In this document: positions 27,889 through 28,263 of the stretch, piece after piece
How the letters are laid out: each line of letters begins with the position of its first letter
How positions within the stretch are numbered: the first letter of the stretch is position 1
Made by a program: the position numbers and the translations under genes
Notes under the pieces: generated by a model
Database searches by the model: none
What the model saw: the letters and a program-made list of their open reading frames with translations, nothing else
What the model was told of the DNA's origin: nothing
Assembly (NCBI GenBank): GCA_043732305.1
Contig: JAYTHU010000160.1
Coordinates: 1-28,263 of the forward strand
Length of the DNA stretch: 28,263 nucleotides
From: Oligoflexia bacterium
Lineage (GTDB): Bacteria > Bdellovibrionota > Bdellovibrionia > JABDDW01
Direction of reading: 5' to 3'

Positions 27889-28263
27889 TTACTTCATGGC
27901 CAAATCTTGCAATTTCAATAAGCAATTTCTGATTTTAAATTGCGATGTTTGGGTCAGTGCAGCCAATACAGATGGCCGACTGTACGAGAGTTTAACACCA
28001 CTCATTTGTCTGATTTGTGTTTTCAGTGATTCCAAAAATTCAGGGAAATTATATTCAGCAACCACCATTCGTTTTTGCATACTCAGAGGACTCCGGCTGT
28101 TTAGACTCATGAAAAATCTCCGCACGAGCTTCCCTTGTCCTGAAAACCTGAGATTTTTTAACAAACCTTGGATGCTATCAAGACTCTCAATAACTAGAGC
28201 TCGATCGGTTGTACCTGCGATTGAATCGTGTTCCCGAAGGCGAAAATCATAAAATGGTCTATT
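27889..28263 (-). CDS. Hypothetical protein, 3' part (start lies beyond the window end)
   Basis: The frame is open from the window edge: NRPFYDFRLREHDSIAGTTDRALVIESLDSIQGLLKNLRFSG...QDLAMK*. It ends 27 nt before the next co-directional gene. Confidence 0.6.
   Translation of the reverse strand, partial: NRPFYDFRLREHDSIAGTTDRALVIESLDSIQGLLKNLRFSGQGKLVRRFFMSLNSRSPLSMQKRMVVAEYNFPEFLESLKTQIRQMSGVKLSYSRPSVLAALTQTSQFKIRNCLLKLQDLAMK

Noticed and set aside
27896..28252. 118-aa plus-strand ORF at the window end
   Set aside because: Antisense to a minus-strand frame that is open to the window edge and co-directional with the neighbouring gene.
1..28263. CRISPR arrays, tRNA/rRNA genes, transposases, defence systems
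   Set aside because: No regularly spaced repeats, RNA-gene signatures or relevant protein motifs were seen by eye. A covariance-model search was not possible.

Overview
A bacterial chromosomal segment, most likely from a Bdellovibrionota / delta-proteobacteria-like organism. This is inferred from gene content, GYF_2 domains, the cdaA-cdaR-glmM-pdxJ synteny and FliA-type promoters. Left end: cysteine desulfurase plus a partial mnmA. Next is a divergently arranged candidate trans-envelope signalling module: a membrane class III adenylate cyclase (Cache-like sensor, HAMP, two GYF_2-like C-terminal domains) faces a FecR-domain protein with five Fn3/Ig-like repeats, which is translationally coupled to an exported Fn3 + beta-barrel protein. 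The FecR protein's C-terminal tail looks like the first beta-strand that is missing from its partner's first domain. The middle holds a small OM beta-barrel, a decayed GLUG-repeat lipoprotein gene, a Pro-rich hypothetical protein, and a tightly coupled minus-strand housekeeping run: fbaB-lysS-(Cys-less rhodanese)-tilS-ftsH-cdaA-cdaR-glmM-pdxJ-tsaE. The right end is an accessory region of exported proteins: two barrel-like proteins, a 723-aa lipoprotein with a beta-pore-forming-toxin-like hairpin, a small secreted protein, a PCu(A)C copper chaperone pseudogene and two hypotheticals. No rRNA, tRNA, CRISPR array or mobile element was recognised.
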